Shown: piece by piece, positions 47,712-56,700 of the stretch
How positions within the stretch are numbered: position 1 is the stretch's first letter
Layout: each line of letters opens with the position of its first letter
Assembly: GCA_028703095.1 (NCBI GenBank)
Contig: JAQVNO010000001.1
Span: 1 to 63,013 of the forward strand
Reading direction: 5' to 3'
Length of the DNA stretch: 63,013 nt
DNA from: Bacteroidales bacterium
GTDB taxonomy: Bacteria; Bacteroidota; Bacteroidia; Bacteroidales; WCHB1-69
Program-made: the position numbers and the translations under genes
The notes under the pieces: model-generated
Told to the model about the DNA's origin: nothing
What the model saw: only the letters and a program-made list of their open reading frames with translations
Databases searched by the model: none

Positions 47712-49937
47712 TTACTGTCCTATAGGGACAATTAATTGCACCCCTATTTCAAATTCCCTGAAAAATCCAGAATAGGTCTGAGCATATATTGATATTATTC
47801 CATATCCAAAACGCCCTCGGAAACCCCACCCTAAAGCATTATCTAATTTAGTTGTCTGAACAACTTCTGTATTATATTCGGGAATTTCATACATTCGTAT
47901 TCTCCTATTGGCAAAATCCCACGTACCGAATACTCCCAAATCAACATAGCAACCAAAACCCAGCCCTTCCGTTGGGAATAAACGAAATCGTTGATAAAAT
48001 TCAAGATTTAATGAATGTATTGAAATTTTATCTTTTTTAAACACCCAATTAACAGGACATTTAAAATGTATGTTTGAATTGCTATAATCTATACTTACAC
48101 CCATACTGTACCATTTACGAATATTACCTTTATAACGAACTCCTACATTAAATGATTGACTCTTTCCTATATTAAAAGAACTGGTAAATGTTGTCGGGAT
48201 AATAAATCCCCATGATACATAAGGATGTACATAATGTATAGCATTTACCCCATAAGTAGATGGTGATTTAAAACCTCTTCTATCTGAAACAAAACCATTA
48301 GGGACGAATGTCCATGTCTTTTTATTCATCTTTTCATCTTCTATAGCTTGAATATCTTTATCATTTAAAGTAAATTTTTCAACATAGCCTTTATAATAAA
48401 TCCTTAATACACCTTTATTATTTAAAGAAGATTTAAAAATTTTAAGGGTATCATTAGATGCATACGTAAATTCTATATTTTCATACGTTGACAAAGTCCC
48501 ATTGGTTTGTTCTACATGATAGAATATTTTATCTCCTTTTTGAACGTCGAAAGGTTTTACAATAATATACGTATCATCAACTTCAATTTCGAATGTTTTT
48601 AAAACAACCGAAATCTTAGGAAACATAAAATACGCAGCTTGAGGCACGCCATACCCATAAGCATAATCATAATATGGGTAGAAATCTGCCGATTTTTCGA
48701 TAGCTGTTTTTAATTCCATAGCCGTTAACTCAGGATGTTTTTGCCAAACACATGCTGCAAAACCGGCAACCAAAGGACAAGAAAAAGAGGTTCCTGAAGC
48801 AACATCAAAACTTGCATTAGATTTGCCTGGTTTTGCTACTTTACAATTGGTAGCATACGCACAAACATTTGGTTTCAATCGTCCATCTGCGGTAGGTCCG
48901 TAAGAACTAAAATATGTATGATTATCATCCATTGGATCAATACCGCCAACGGCTAATACACTATCCGCATCCGCTGGAGTTACAATAGTTTTCCACGATT
49001 CTTTATCCCCTTCATTACCCATTGAATTACATACTAATATTCCTTTTGAAGCTGCCATATTTGCTGCCCGCGACACCAAGCTTTTTTGTCCATTCATATC
49101 TGAGGGATTGTATCTTGCATCTCCATATCCCAAAGAACTACTGATGATATTAGCTCCGTTTTTATCAGCCCATTCCATTGCTTGCATCCACCAAACTTCT
49201 TCTTTAGCCGGCTCAATACCAATTTCTGTGCGTGCTAATAAGAACTCAGCTGCTGTTGCCAAACCAAATTTCTGGGTTCCATCAATTCCTGCTATACAAC
49301 TCAAAGTCATAGTCCCATGGCTATTCCATCCATACACATCTTCTTTTTTTAAAGGAAAATTCCATGTTTTTACAATTAAATTATTATCCCTTAAATGTTT
49401 AAAAGCAATATGAGTATCTACATCCGGGAATCCACCATCAAAAACAGCGATGCGGATACCTTTTCCATCAATACCGGCAGCAGAAAAATGTTCTCCACCC
49501 ATACGTTTCAATTGTGCATGTACAAGCTCTTTTTGCTCTTTTTGATAATAATCGGGATTATTACTATCATTTGAACACATTGCCATCTCGGATGAAATGG
49601 GTGAAATTTCTTTTACAAATGTAAAATTTTCAATAGCAATAATTTGTTCTTGAGTTGCTTCAACAGCAATGGCATTAAACCATCGTGTTTCTCCTATTAT
49701 TTCTTTCGATAATTTGGAAACTTTTTGAACATAATGCTCATTTAATGGAAAATCCGTACTGTCATACAAAGAAACACCAAGTTGTATTCTACGTTCTATC
49801 GCTTTACTATCGAAATATTCATATGGATTAAAATGCGTTTGGGATTTATCCTTAAAAAACACCCAATAATAATTCTGTGATTGTAAATTTAAATTTATAG
49901 CAAATAAAACACAAACAAAAAAAATATTTTTCATCAT
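47712..49937 (-). CDS. S8 (subtilisin-family) serine peptidase with C-terminal beta-barrel-like domain
   Basis: It has a signal peptide. The catalytic triad motifs are AVFDGGF (Asp), HGTMTLS (His) and SGTSFSCPLVAG (Ser). The last ~195 aa show an alternating aromatic/polar strand pattern. Confidence 0.85.
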   Translation of the reverse strand: MMKNIFFVCVLFAINLNLQSQNYYWVFFKDKSQTHFNPYEYFDSKAIERRIQLGVSLYDSTDFPLNEHYVQKVSKLSKEIIGETRWFNAIAVEATQEQIIAIENFTFVKEISPISSEMAMCSNDSNNPDYYQKEQKELVHAQLKRMGGEHFSAAGIDGKGIRIAVFDGGFPDVDTHIAFKHLRDNNLIVKTWNFPLKKEDVYGWNSHGTMTLSCIAGIDGTQKFGLATAAEFLLARTEIGIEPAKEEVWWMQAMEWADKNGANIISSSLGYGDARYNPSDMNGQKSLVSRAANMAASKGILVCNSMGNEGDKESWKTIVTPADADSVLAVGGIDPMDDNHTYFSSYGPTADGRLKPNVCAYATNCKVAKPGKSNASFDVASGTSFSCPLVAGFAACVWQKHPELTAMELKTAIEKSADFYPYYDYAYGYGVPQAAYFMFPKISVVLKTFEIEVDDTYIIVKPFDVQKGDKIFYHVEQTNGTLSTYENIEFTYASNDTLKIFKSSLNNKGVLRIYYKGYVEKFTLNDKDIQAIEDEKMNKKTWTFVPNGFVSDRRGFKSPSTYGVNAIHYVHPYVSWGFIIPTTFTSSFNIGKSQSFNVGVRYKGNIRKWYSMGVSIDYSNSNIHFKCPVNWVFKKDKISIHSLNLEFYQRFRLFPTEGLGFGCYVDLGVFGTWDFANRRIRMYEIPEYNTEVVQTTKLDNALGWGFRGRFGYGIISIYAQTYSGFFREFEIGVQLIVPIGQ

Positions 49938-49952
49938 TAATTATATATATAC

Positions 49953-49980
49953 AAAATGGCTTTCTTTTGAAAGCCATTTT
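49953..49980 (-). terminator. hairpin terminator after the small lipoprotein gene
   Basis: A 12-bp perfect stem aaaatggctttc / gaaagccatttt with a tttt loop. Confidence 0.6.
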
Positions 49981-49984
49981 AGAA

Positions 49985-50224
49985 TTATTTACATTTAATT
50001 TCTACTGTAACCACTTTACCATCGGTTACCCAGGATAATCCTTGACGCGGTGCTACTGATTGTTCCTCGCAAACACTCGACTCAAAATACTTAACTGTAT
50101 TATCACTTAGAACGGCAATCTTTTGTCCATCCTCATAACGAACACAATTGCATTGTTTTGCACATGAACTACTTAATACAGCAACAATAGCTGAAACAGC
50201 TACTAAAAATGAAATCTTTTTCAT
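49985..50224 (-). CDS. small lipoprotein
   Basis: 79 aa with a signal peptide and lipobox (VLSSSC). There are four further Cys residues. Confidence 0.6.
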   Translation of the reverse strand: MKKISFLVAVSAIVAVLSSSCAKQCNCVRYEDGQKIAVLSDNTVKYFESSVCEEQSVAPRQGLSWVTDGKVVTVEIKCK

Positions 50225-50268
50225 ATAATATGTATTTTTAATGTTAATTATTATTGTTTAAATATTTA

Positions 50269-50276
50269 CAAAAGTA
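50269..50276 (-). promoter_or_regulatory. -7 promoter box for the small lipoprotein gene
   Basis: caaaagta on + equals TACTTTTG on the minus strand, 45 nt upstream of start 50224. Confidence 0.5.
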
Positions 50277-50356
50277 CTTAAAAAAGCCTAATTATAACGT
50301 TCTTTTAAAAAATAAATTATTTTATTATTTATTCAAAAATATAAACAAAATTAATA

Positions 50357-50364
50357 TATTTTTG
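50357..50364 (+). promoter_or_regulatory. -7 promoter box for the OmpA-family gene
   Basis: tatttttg, 58 nt before ATG 50422. Confidence 0.5.
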
Positions 50365-50421
50365 CAAATAAATTTAACTAATGAATAATCAACTATCCAT
50401 TTTATTAAATAAAAAAGTATT

Positions 50422-51693
50422 ATGAAAAACAAAAAAAACATAAGTTTCACATTGACAATCTACTTTGTTTTATCAGGCATGCTATCTTATAGTCAAATTG
50501 ATATACGGGGGAAAATTAAACAAAAAGTAGAGGAAAGAGTTGAACAAAAAGTCGATGAAAAAATCGATGAAGGCTTGGATGAGATTTTTAATGAAAATGA
50601 AGAAATAGAAGCTGAAAAAGAAGAAAACAATGAAGAGAATGAATCTCAAAATCAAAAGGATAATTCATCAAAACCTCAAGAAAAAACAAAATTAGAATCT
50701 TATACCAAATATGATTTTTTCCCCGGGGATAAAATCTTATTTTATGAGGATTTTTCACAAGATGCTATCGGCGATTTCCCCGCTTTATGGACATCCAATA
50801 GCGGTGGTGAAGTCAAAACAGTGAATATTGCAGAAGGTAAATGGTTTCATTTAAATGGCAAGGATGCTGTGTATTGTTACTCGAAAACCATTAATTTTCC
50901 CGATAATTTTATAATTGAGTTTGACATTATTCCCGATGTAGAATATTATCATGGAATTACTTATACTCTATATCAAGAAGATATTGAAAATCCAAAAGAA
51001 ATTAATGATGATTTATATCCCGGTTTAAAAGGATTACATATCACACTCAAACAAGATGGCTGGATAACAAAAGGGTATAACAATGTAACTAATGCCGATT
51101 GGCTTATTGGAGAAAGTTCTACAAATCCTGTTAAATTAGAAGAAGTAAATCATGTTATAATTTGGATACAAAAAAGAAGAGTGAGAATTTATCATAATGG
51201 TGGTAAAGCACTAGATGTTCCTACAAATATATACAGTGAAACACAATTCAATAAAATGCTATTTTCGGGTTGGGATGCGAATAGCTTTCCTATGGTTACT
51301 AATCTCAAAATTACAACTGCCTCTCCGGATATGCGAAGTAAATTATTAACCGAAGGAAAAATTATATCGTACGGGATTTATTTTGATAGCGGAAAAGACA
51401 TCGTAAAACCGGAATCCTACGGCTCACTAAAAGAAATCGCAAAAATATTGACAGAAAATCCGGAGGTTAAAATAAAAATAATCGGACATACTGATAGCGA
51501 TGGCAATGATGCCTTGAATCTAGATCTGTCAAAAAGAAGAGCTCTAAATGTGAAAAATGCTTTAATGAAAGATTTTGGCATTAATAGCGATCGTATACAA
51601 ACAGATGGAAAAGGCGAAATAGAACCACTCGCACCTAATATATCCATCGAAAATAAAGCTATAAACAGAAGAGTGGAATTTATTAAAATTTAA
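50422..51693 (+). CDS. OmpA-family protein (signal peptide, acidic linker, jelly-roll-like middle domain, C-terminal OmpA domain)
   Basis: The C-terminus IIGHTDSDGNDALNLDLSKRRALNV...NRRVEF is the OmpA peptidoglycan-binding signature. Confidence 0.88.
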   Translation: MKNKKNISFTLTIYFVLSGMLSYSQIDIRGKIKQKVEERVEQKVDEKIDEGLDEIFNENEEIEAEKEENNEENESQNQKDNSSKPQEKTKLESYTKYDFFPGDKILFYEDFSQDAIGDFPALWTSNSGGEVKTVNIAEGKWFHLNGKDAVYCYSKTINFPDNFIIEFDIIPDVEYYHGITYTLYQEDIENPKEINDDLYPGLKGLHITLKQDGWITKGYNNVTNADWLIGESSTNPVKLEEVNHVIIWIQKRRVRIYHNGGKALDVPTNIYSETQFNKMLFSGWDANSFPMVTNLKITTASPDMRSKLLTEGKIISYGIYFDSGKDIVKPESYGSLKEIAKILTENPEVKIKIIGHTDSDGNDALNLDLSKRRALNVKNALMKDFGINSDRIQTDGKGEIEPLAPNISIENKAINRRVEFIKI

Positions 51694-51849
51694 TTTGTTT
51701 TTGCAAACACATTCTTTTTTAGAAATATTTATTGAAAACAACTCTCATTCTTTATTCAATTTTTTATAAAATTATGGCTTGTTTTCCTTTTAATTCGTTG
51801 GAAAATTAAATCTGTTTGATTAAAAAAGATTTTGTGTTTTTAATTTTTA

Positions 51850-51857
51850 TATTTTTG
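51850..51857 (+). promoter_or_regulatory. -7 promoter box for the beta-barrel/phosphoesterase pair
   Basis: tatttttg, 19 nt before ATG 51876. It lies inside the maximal ORF that opens at TTG 51816. Confidence 0.5.
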
Positions 51858-51875
51858 TCAACTATAAAAATTACA

Positions 51876-52568
51876 ATGTATTTGCGTATCCTTAAAAATG
51901 TCGTTTGTCTCTTTTTCTTTTCACCTATTTTTATTCATGCCCAAATTGATGTAAGATTACAAGCTGATATTGGCAAAAACAATCTCAGTTTACATGCTTT
52001 TTCCAATGCAGCTATCATGACTTCATTTTATTTTACAAAAAACACTTTTAGTATTGGAAGTCAATTAACTATTTCTGATAATCCCTTGCCTACTTTTTAC
52101 ATAAATTATACTCGAAATATTGAAATATGCAAACAAAAGTTTGACTTGAAAGCCTTCTACACCTTTGATATGTTTTCAGAAAAACTGTATGAAATTAACC
52201 GTGGTTTAATAGCCGGATACAACTTGCCACATTTTACATTTAAAATTGGCACAAATTTTAGAACTTACCGCATTTTTAAAAACAATGATAAAATTAACGA
52301 AAATTTTAATTTCATGTATTTGGCAAGCTATTATATAAATTCTCCCGCATGCAATTGGAACGTAGGCATAACGCTTACAAATTTTGATTTTTTTTTAATC
52401 AATCAAGAAACAAATCCTATGTTCAACATAGAAACATTCTATACAATAAACCCTCACTTAAAGGTTTTATTTGAAGCTTGGTATATTAGTTCCGGAGCAT
52501 TGAATTTGAGTGTGAATTCTTTCGGTTTTTACTTCAGAACAGCGTGTGTATGCAACATAAATTATTGA
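51876..52568 (+). CDS. small outer-membrane beta-barrel-like protein
   Basis: The signal peptide MYLRILKNVVCLFFFSPIFIHAQ, alternating strand pattern and a C-terminal Tyr. The start is set at the ATG after the promoter box. Confidence 0.55.
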   Translation: MYLRILKNVVCLFFFSPIFIHAQIDVRLQADIGKNNLSLHAFSNAAIMTSFYFTKNTFSIGSQLTISDNPLPTFYINYTRNIEICKQKFDLKAFYTFDMFSEKLYEINRGLIAGYNLPHFTFKIGTNFRTYRIFKNNDKINENFNFMYLASYYINSPACNWNVGITLTNFDFFLINQETNPMFNIETFYTINPHLKVLFEAWYISSGALNLSVNSFGFYFRTACVCNINY

Positions 52569-53394
52569 AAATACTAAGTTTCATAAGCATTATAGGCTTA
52601 GCATCTTGTGAAAAGATTGACCTAAGAGGCGCTTTCTTTTCGTATCAAACTGTCAATGTACGCTTTGAAGAATCAATGCAATGGAATAAAAAAAACCCTT
52701 TAAAAAAATAGAAACTTCTAACGAAGAATATTCTATCTTTATAATGGGGGACAGTCACATAGGAGGGATTGAAAACTATCAATTATTCACAAAAAACGCT
52801 ATTCAATCAAAGGCTTTAGCATTAGTAATGGTTGGAGATATTACAACGGGACACATCAAAGACTACGAAACATTATCTCAAAACATTCCCCCAAAAGATT
52901 CCATTTCATCTTTTTTATTGGTTGGAAATCACGATTTATATTTTGACGGATGGAAAGAATTTTACGCACGTTTCGGTTCATCTATTTATTATTTTCAGGT
53001 AAAAACTCGTGAGGCTTCGGATTTATTTATTTGTCTTGATTCCGGAAGTGGCACCTTGGGAGACAAACAAATGCAATGGTTAAAAAATTTATTAAAAAGT
53101 AAACGAGAATATTATCGTTACTGTATAGTTTTTACTCATGTGAATTTTTTTCGGACCCGACACACCGGCAGTACTAATCCTGTGGTAGAAGAATTACAAA
53201 TTTTAATGGATTTATTCTATACTTACAATGTTAATTTCGTCATTATGGGACATGATCATATAAAAAGCATAGAAAAATTAGGAAACACAAGCTATATTAC
53301 CTTAGATGCGCTTTTGGATGGTTTTAATCAAGCCGGTTATTTAGAACTAATAATAAACAATCAATCTGCAAATTACAAATTTTTCAATTTGTAA
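52565..53394 (+). pseudogene. metallophosphoesterase lipoprotein gene interrupted by a frameshift in a poly-A tract
   Basis: Frame A (TTG 52565 to TAG 52711) encodes the lipoprotein signal KILSFISIIGLASC. Frame B, open from 52690, encodes GDSHIG, GDITTGH, GNHD and GHDH. The two frames overlap only across A8 (52688-95) and A7 (52702-08). Confidence 0.75.
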
Positions 53395-53448
53395 AACCGG
53401 ATTAAAATCCAATCTTTTGACTTTTTCAATTCATTAAAAAAAAAATCA

Positions 53449-53456
53449 TACTTTTG
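53449..53456 (+). promoter_or_regulatory. -7 promoter box for the histidine-phosphatase-like gene
   Basis: tacttttg, 33 nt before ATG 53489. Confidence 0.5.
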
Positions 53457-53488
53457 TAATCTTAAAAAACTATAATTAGATAACTAGT

Positions 53489-54124
53489 ATGCATAGAGAA
53501 GAAATTATTAGAGAGTCTTACAAGAAAAATTGTTACGGATTGGCAGTAAGGCATGCGACAAGAGAAACCATCACAGATGCAAGACAATCTATATATCAAT
53601 TACTTACTCCTGAAGGGAAAGCTATGGCTTATGATTTCGGAACTAAATTATCAACGAATAAACCTATTCGAATTTATCATAGTTTTATCGAAAGATGCAA
53701 ACAAACAGCAGATAGTATAGCAGAAGGATTTCAAGGCGAAGTCATTTCAATAAACACAGCCGATACATTAACAGGCTTTTACGTTTATAATCCCGAGCCC
53801 GTATTAGGAAATGTAAACGATATAGGAAGTTTTAAATTTTTAAGTAATTGGTTTCAAAATTGTTATTCAACAAAAGATATAATGCCTGCTCTAAAAGCAC
53901 GTCAACAAATGCTTGATTTTTTTATAAAAACGTTTAATCCACATTATTTAAATATTCACATAACCCATGATTGGAACATTGCTGTATTATATAGCCTATA
54001 TTATAACATTATCAATGAGGATTATAAATGGCCGGGGTACATGCATGGAGTTAGTTTACAAAAAAACGACCAAAACCATTCAATGTGTATAGAAGTCGAA
54101 ACACCCGTTAATATTAATTTTTAA
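53489..54124 (+). CDS. histidine phosphatase superfamily (branch 1-like) protein
   Basis: VRHATRE is an RHG-type motif and ITHDWNI is the C-terminal His motif. The assignment is tentative. Confidence 0.5.
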   Translation: MHREEIIRESYKKNCYGLAVRHATRETITDARQSIYQLLTPEGKAMAYDFGTKLSTNKPIRIYHSFIERCKQTADSIAEGFQGEVISINTADTLTGFYVYNPEPVLGNVNDIGSFKFLSNWFQNCYSTKDIMPALKARQQMLDFFIKTFNPHYLNIHITHDWNIAVLYSLYYNIINEDYKWPGYMHGVSLQKNDQNHSMCIEVETPVNINF

Positions 54125-54161
54125 TTTTTTTTATACTTCCATTTTATTAACAAAAATAACA

Positions 54162-54169
54162 TATATTTG
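54162..54169 (+). promoter_or_regulatory. -7 promoter box for the two small secreted proteins
   Basis: tatatttg, 136 nt before ATG 54305. Confidence 0.4.
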
Positions 54170-54304
54170 CAAAATATTTAAAAGCATTAATTTATTATTA
54201 ATTATATTACATTATCAGTATAATTATGGAGATTGAGACCATTAAAAAACAAGGCGGAAACTGAAAAGCCATACGAGTAAGTATAAATTATTAAAAAAAA
54301 TAAT

Positions 54305-54508
54305 ATGATAAAAAAAATCTTAACACTCACAGTCATAGGGCTATTTTTTGCCGCATGCGGCGGAAACTCAGCAACTTCGGAAGCCACACAAGATCAAATT
54401 GAGGCTATTGAACAATCAAATCAAGAATTAGACGAAGTAATTAATTCATCAACTGAAGAAATTGACACTTTGCAAAGTGAAATTGATAATTTACTAAATA
54501 ATATTTAA
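54305..54508 (+). CDS. small acidic lipoprotein, coiled-coil-like
   Basis: 67 aa with lipobox FFAACGG, then an E/D/Q-rich heptad-like sequence. Confidence 0.55.
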   Translation: MIKKILTLTVIGLFFAACGGNSATSEATQDQIEAIEQSNQELDEVINSSTEEIDTLQSEIDNLLNNI

Positions 54509-54513
54509 TCATT

Positions 54514-55089
54514 ATGAAAAAGATATTCGTAATCATCGTAGCTGTTTTAACAGTTTGTCATCTGGGAATGGCACAAGGTAAAGGAAAAGGACAACAAAAA
54601 GGAAAATCCGAACAAAAAACTGAAAACAAACAACAAATAAGAGAACAAAAAAGAGATACTGCGAATGCTAATGCACATCAAATGCAACAAAACAAAAAAC
54701 AAACTAGAGAAAAAGCACAAGTACATAAAGAAACTAAAAATCAAGGTCAAGGAAATGCATACGGTAAAAACAAAGGTGATTTAAAAGGGAAAGAGTTTGG
54801 TCAACAAAGAGCTGCCGATGCAAAAGCTGCTGCTCAATTAAAAAAAGAAGAAGCCGAAAAACACATTAAAACACAAGAAGATCAAATTCAAACAAATGAG
54901 ACCAAAATAAAAGAGGCTAAAACAAAAGTAGAAACCCAAGAAAAAAAAGGTGAAATAACAAAAGAAGAAGCTAAAATAAAACAAGAACAAATACAGCAAG
55001 CAGAGGAAAAAGTAAACAGAATGAAAACCGCTGTTGAAAAAGAGAAAAAAGAAGTAGAAAAAATAAATCAAAACTTACAAGCAGAATAA
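54514..55089 (+). CDS. secreted Lys/Glu/Gln-rich low-complexity coiled-coil protein
   Basis: 191 aa with the signal peptide MKKIFVIIVAVLTVCHLGMAQ. The remainder is K/E/Q-rich. Confidence 0.6.
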   Translation: MKKIFVIIVAVLTVCHLGMAQGKGKGQQKGKSEQKTENKQQIREQKRDTANANAHQMQQNKKQTREKAQVHKETKNQGQGNAYGKNKGDLKGKEFGQQRAADAKAAAQLKKEEAEKHIKTQEDQIQTNETKIKEAKTKVETQEKKGEITKEEAKIKQEQIQQAEEKVNRMKTAVEKEKKEVEKINQNLQAE

Positions 55090-55114
55090 AAAATATCACT
55101 TTTTTGTAAAATTT

Positions 55115-55146
55115 AATCCCCTGACAAATCAACAGGGGATTTTTTA
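55115..55146 (+). terminator. Rho-independent terminator
   Basis: A 9-bp stem aatcccctg / caggggatt followed by T5. Confidence 0.75.
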
Positions 55147-55160
55147 TTATAAAAAATAAG

Positions 55161-55168
55161 TACTTTTG
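55161..55168 (+). promoter_or_regulatory. -7 promoter box for the flavodoxin-like/ferredoxin gene
   Basis: tacttttg within aagtacttttgcaa, 26 nt before ATG 55194. Confidence 0.55.
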
Positions 55169-55193
55169 CAAAGTATTAATTATTTCAAACAGT

Positions 55194-56231
55194 ATGAAAC
55201 CTTATTCAAAACTAATTGTTTATTATTTTTCAGGCACCGGAAATTCAAAAAATGTAGCTACTTGGTTATCTAAAGTAGCGATTGAAAAAAACATGAATTT
55301 TGAAGTATATAACATTTCTGAATTTAATAATCAACCCATCCTCTCCCCTTCACCTGACACCTTACTTACTTTTGTTTCACCTATTCATGGGTTCAACTAT
55401 CCGACAAATGTGTTAAAATTTATTTTACGTTTTCCAAAAGGGAAAAATAATGTTTTATTATTAAATACAAGAGGTGGTTTATTAGCAGGGAAAAAAATAA
55501 TTCCGGGAGTTACAGGCATCGCATTTTATCTAAGTGCTTGCATTTTAATAATAAAATCGTATTCCATCAAAGCAATGTTCCCTGTGAATCTGCCATCCAA
55601 TTGGACATTTATCCATCCCGGATTAAAACTAGAAGCAGTAACCTACATGCATATTAAAAATAAAGAAAGAATTCGTAATTTTGCTTCTAAAGTATTTGAT
55701 GGAGAAAGCAATTATAGCGGCATGTATGAAATTTTTCAAGACTTGATTGTAGCACCTGTTTCAATTTTATATTTTTTCATCGGGCGATTTTTCTTTACCA
55801 AAACTTATTTAGCTTCGAGAGAATGCACCCATTGTAACATTTGTATTAATAACTGTCCAAAAAAAGCAATTATCAAAATTGCCAACAGACCTTTCTGGAC
55901 ATTCAAATGTGAAAATTGCATGAAATGCATCGCCAACTGTCCACAAAAAGCCATTCAAATCACACATGGACTATTTACATTGTATATTTTGATTTTTTAT
56001 CTATTCTTTATTAACACATTTTTCTTTTATTTCGAAATGTATATTTTTGAAGTAGAAAATTTATTGGTTAAAAATATCATTAAAACAGGTTTATGTCTAA
56101 GCCTATTTGCAGCATGGTATCGCTTGATACATTACCTAATTCGTTTTACGTTCTTTGAACGTATTATGTCTTATACTTCCCTAACAAAACTACGTTTCTG
56201 GAGAAGATATAAAGCTCTAAAAAATATATAA
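55194..56231 (+). CDS. flavodoxin-like domain plus 2x[4Fe-4S] ferredoxin domain protein with C-terminal TM helices
   Basis: The N-terminus is YYFSGTGNSKNVA. The cluster motifs are CTHCNICINNCP and CENCMKCIANCP. A hydrophobic tail follows (LFTLYILIFYLFFINTFFFYF). Confidence 0.8.
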   Translation: MKPYSKLIVYYFSGTGNSKNVATWLSKVAIEKNMNFEVYNISEFNNQPILSPSPDTLLTFVSPIHGFNYPTNVLKFILRFPKGKNNVLLLNTRGGLLAGKKIIPGVTGIAFYLSACILIIKSYSIKAMFPVNLPSNWTFIHPGLKLEAVTYMHIKNKERIRNFASKVFDGESNYSGMYEIFQDLIVAPVSILYFFIGRFFFTKTYLASRECTHCNICINNCPKKAIIKIANRPFWTFKCENCMKCIANCPQKAIQITHGLFTLYILIFYLFFINTFFFYFEMYIFEVENLLVKNIIKTGLCLSLFAAWYRLIHYLIRFTFFERIMSYTSLTKLRFWRRYKALKNI

Positions 56232-56232
56232 A

Positions 56233-56691
56233 TCAATCTTTTTCGTTCAAATAACAATGCATTATTAAAGCATTAGCCCCATCAATATAGTAATTTGTTT
56301 TAATCCCATTTTCAACAAACCCAAACTTTTTATATAGTTGAATAGCTTGACTGTTATTTTCTCTCACTTCTAAACTGACACACGGATAATGCATTTCTTT
56401 TGCGATATTAAGAAGATGATACATTAAAACTTGCCCAACATTTTTACCTCGTGCATTCGGATGTACAGCAATCGAATACAAACGTACTTTTTTAGATCGT
56501 CTTTTCGTTAGCAGAATATAATAACCCAGTATTTTTTTATTATTTTCTGCAACATAGAAAATTGCATGTGATAATAAATATTTAAATTGACCTTTAGAAA
56601 AACAATCCACTTGAAAACTGGCATGTTCTATTTGCAAAATATCATTTATATCAGACACAACTGCTTTTCGAATCACTAGGTTTATGTTCAT
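56233..56691 (-). CDS. GNAT-family N-acetyltransferase (RimI-like size)
   Basis: LYSIAVHPNARGKNVGQVLM is the acetyl-CoA binding motif (R/Q-x-x-G-x-G/A). Confidence 0.85.
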   Translation of the reverse strand: MNINLVIRKAVVSDINDILQIEHASFQVDCFSKGQFKYLLSHAIFYVAENNKKILGYYILLTKRRSKKVRLYSIAVHPNARGKNVGQVLMYHLLNIAKEMHYPCVSLEVRENNSQAIQLYKKFGFVENGIKTNYYIDGANALIMHCYLNEKD

Positions 56692-56700
56692 AGAAAAAAC

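Noticed and set aside
54226-54264. A 12-codon upstream ORF (MEIETIKKQGGN) in the leader of the small lipoprotein gene.
   Set aside because: It is too short and unsupported. It could arise by chance in a 136-nt AT-rich leader.
54547-55171. Three minus-strand ORFs (67, 77 and 66 aa) rich in Phe/Leu opposite the K/E/Q-rich gene.
   Set aside because: They are a mirror image of AAA/GAA/CAA codon runs (TTT/TTC/TTG). The plus-strand gene has a signal peptide, a promoter and a terminator.
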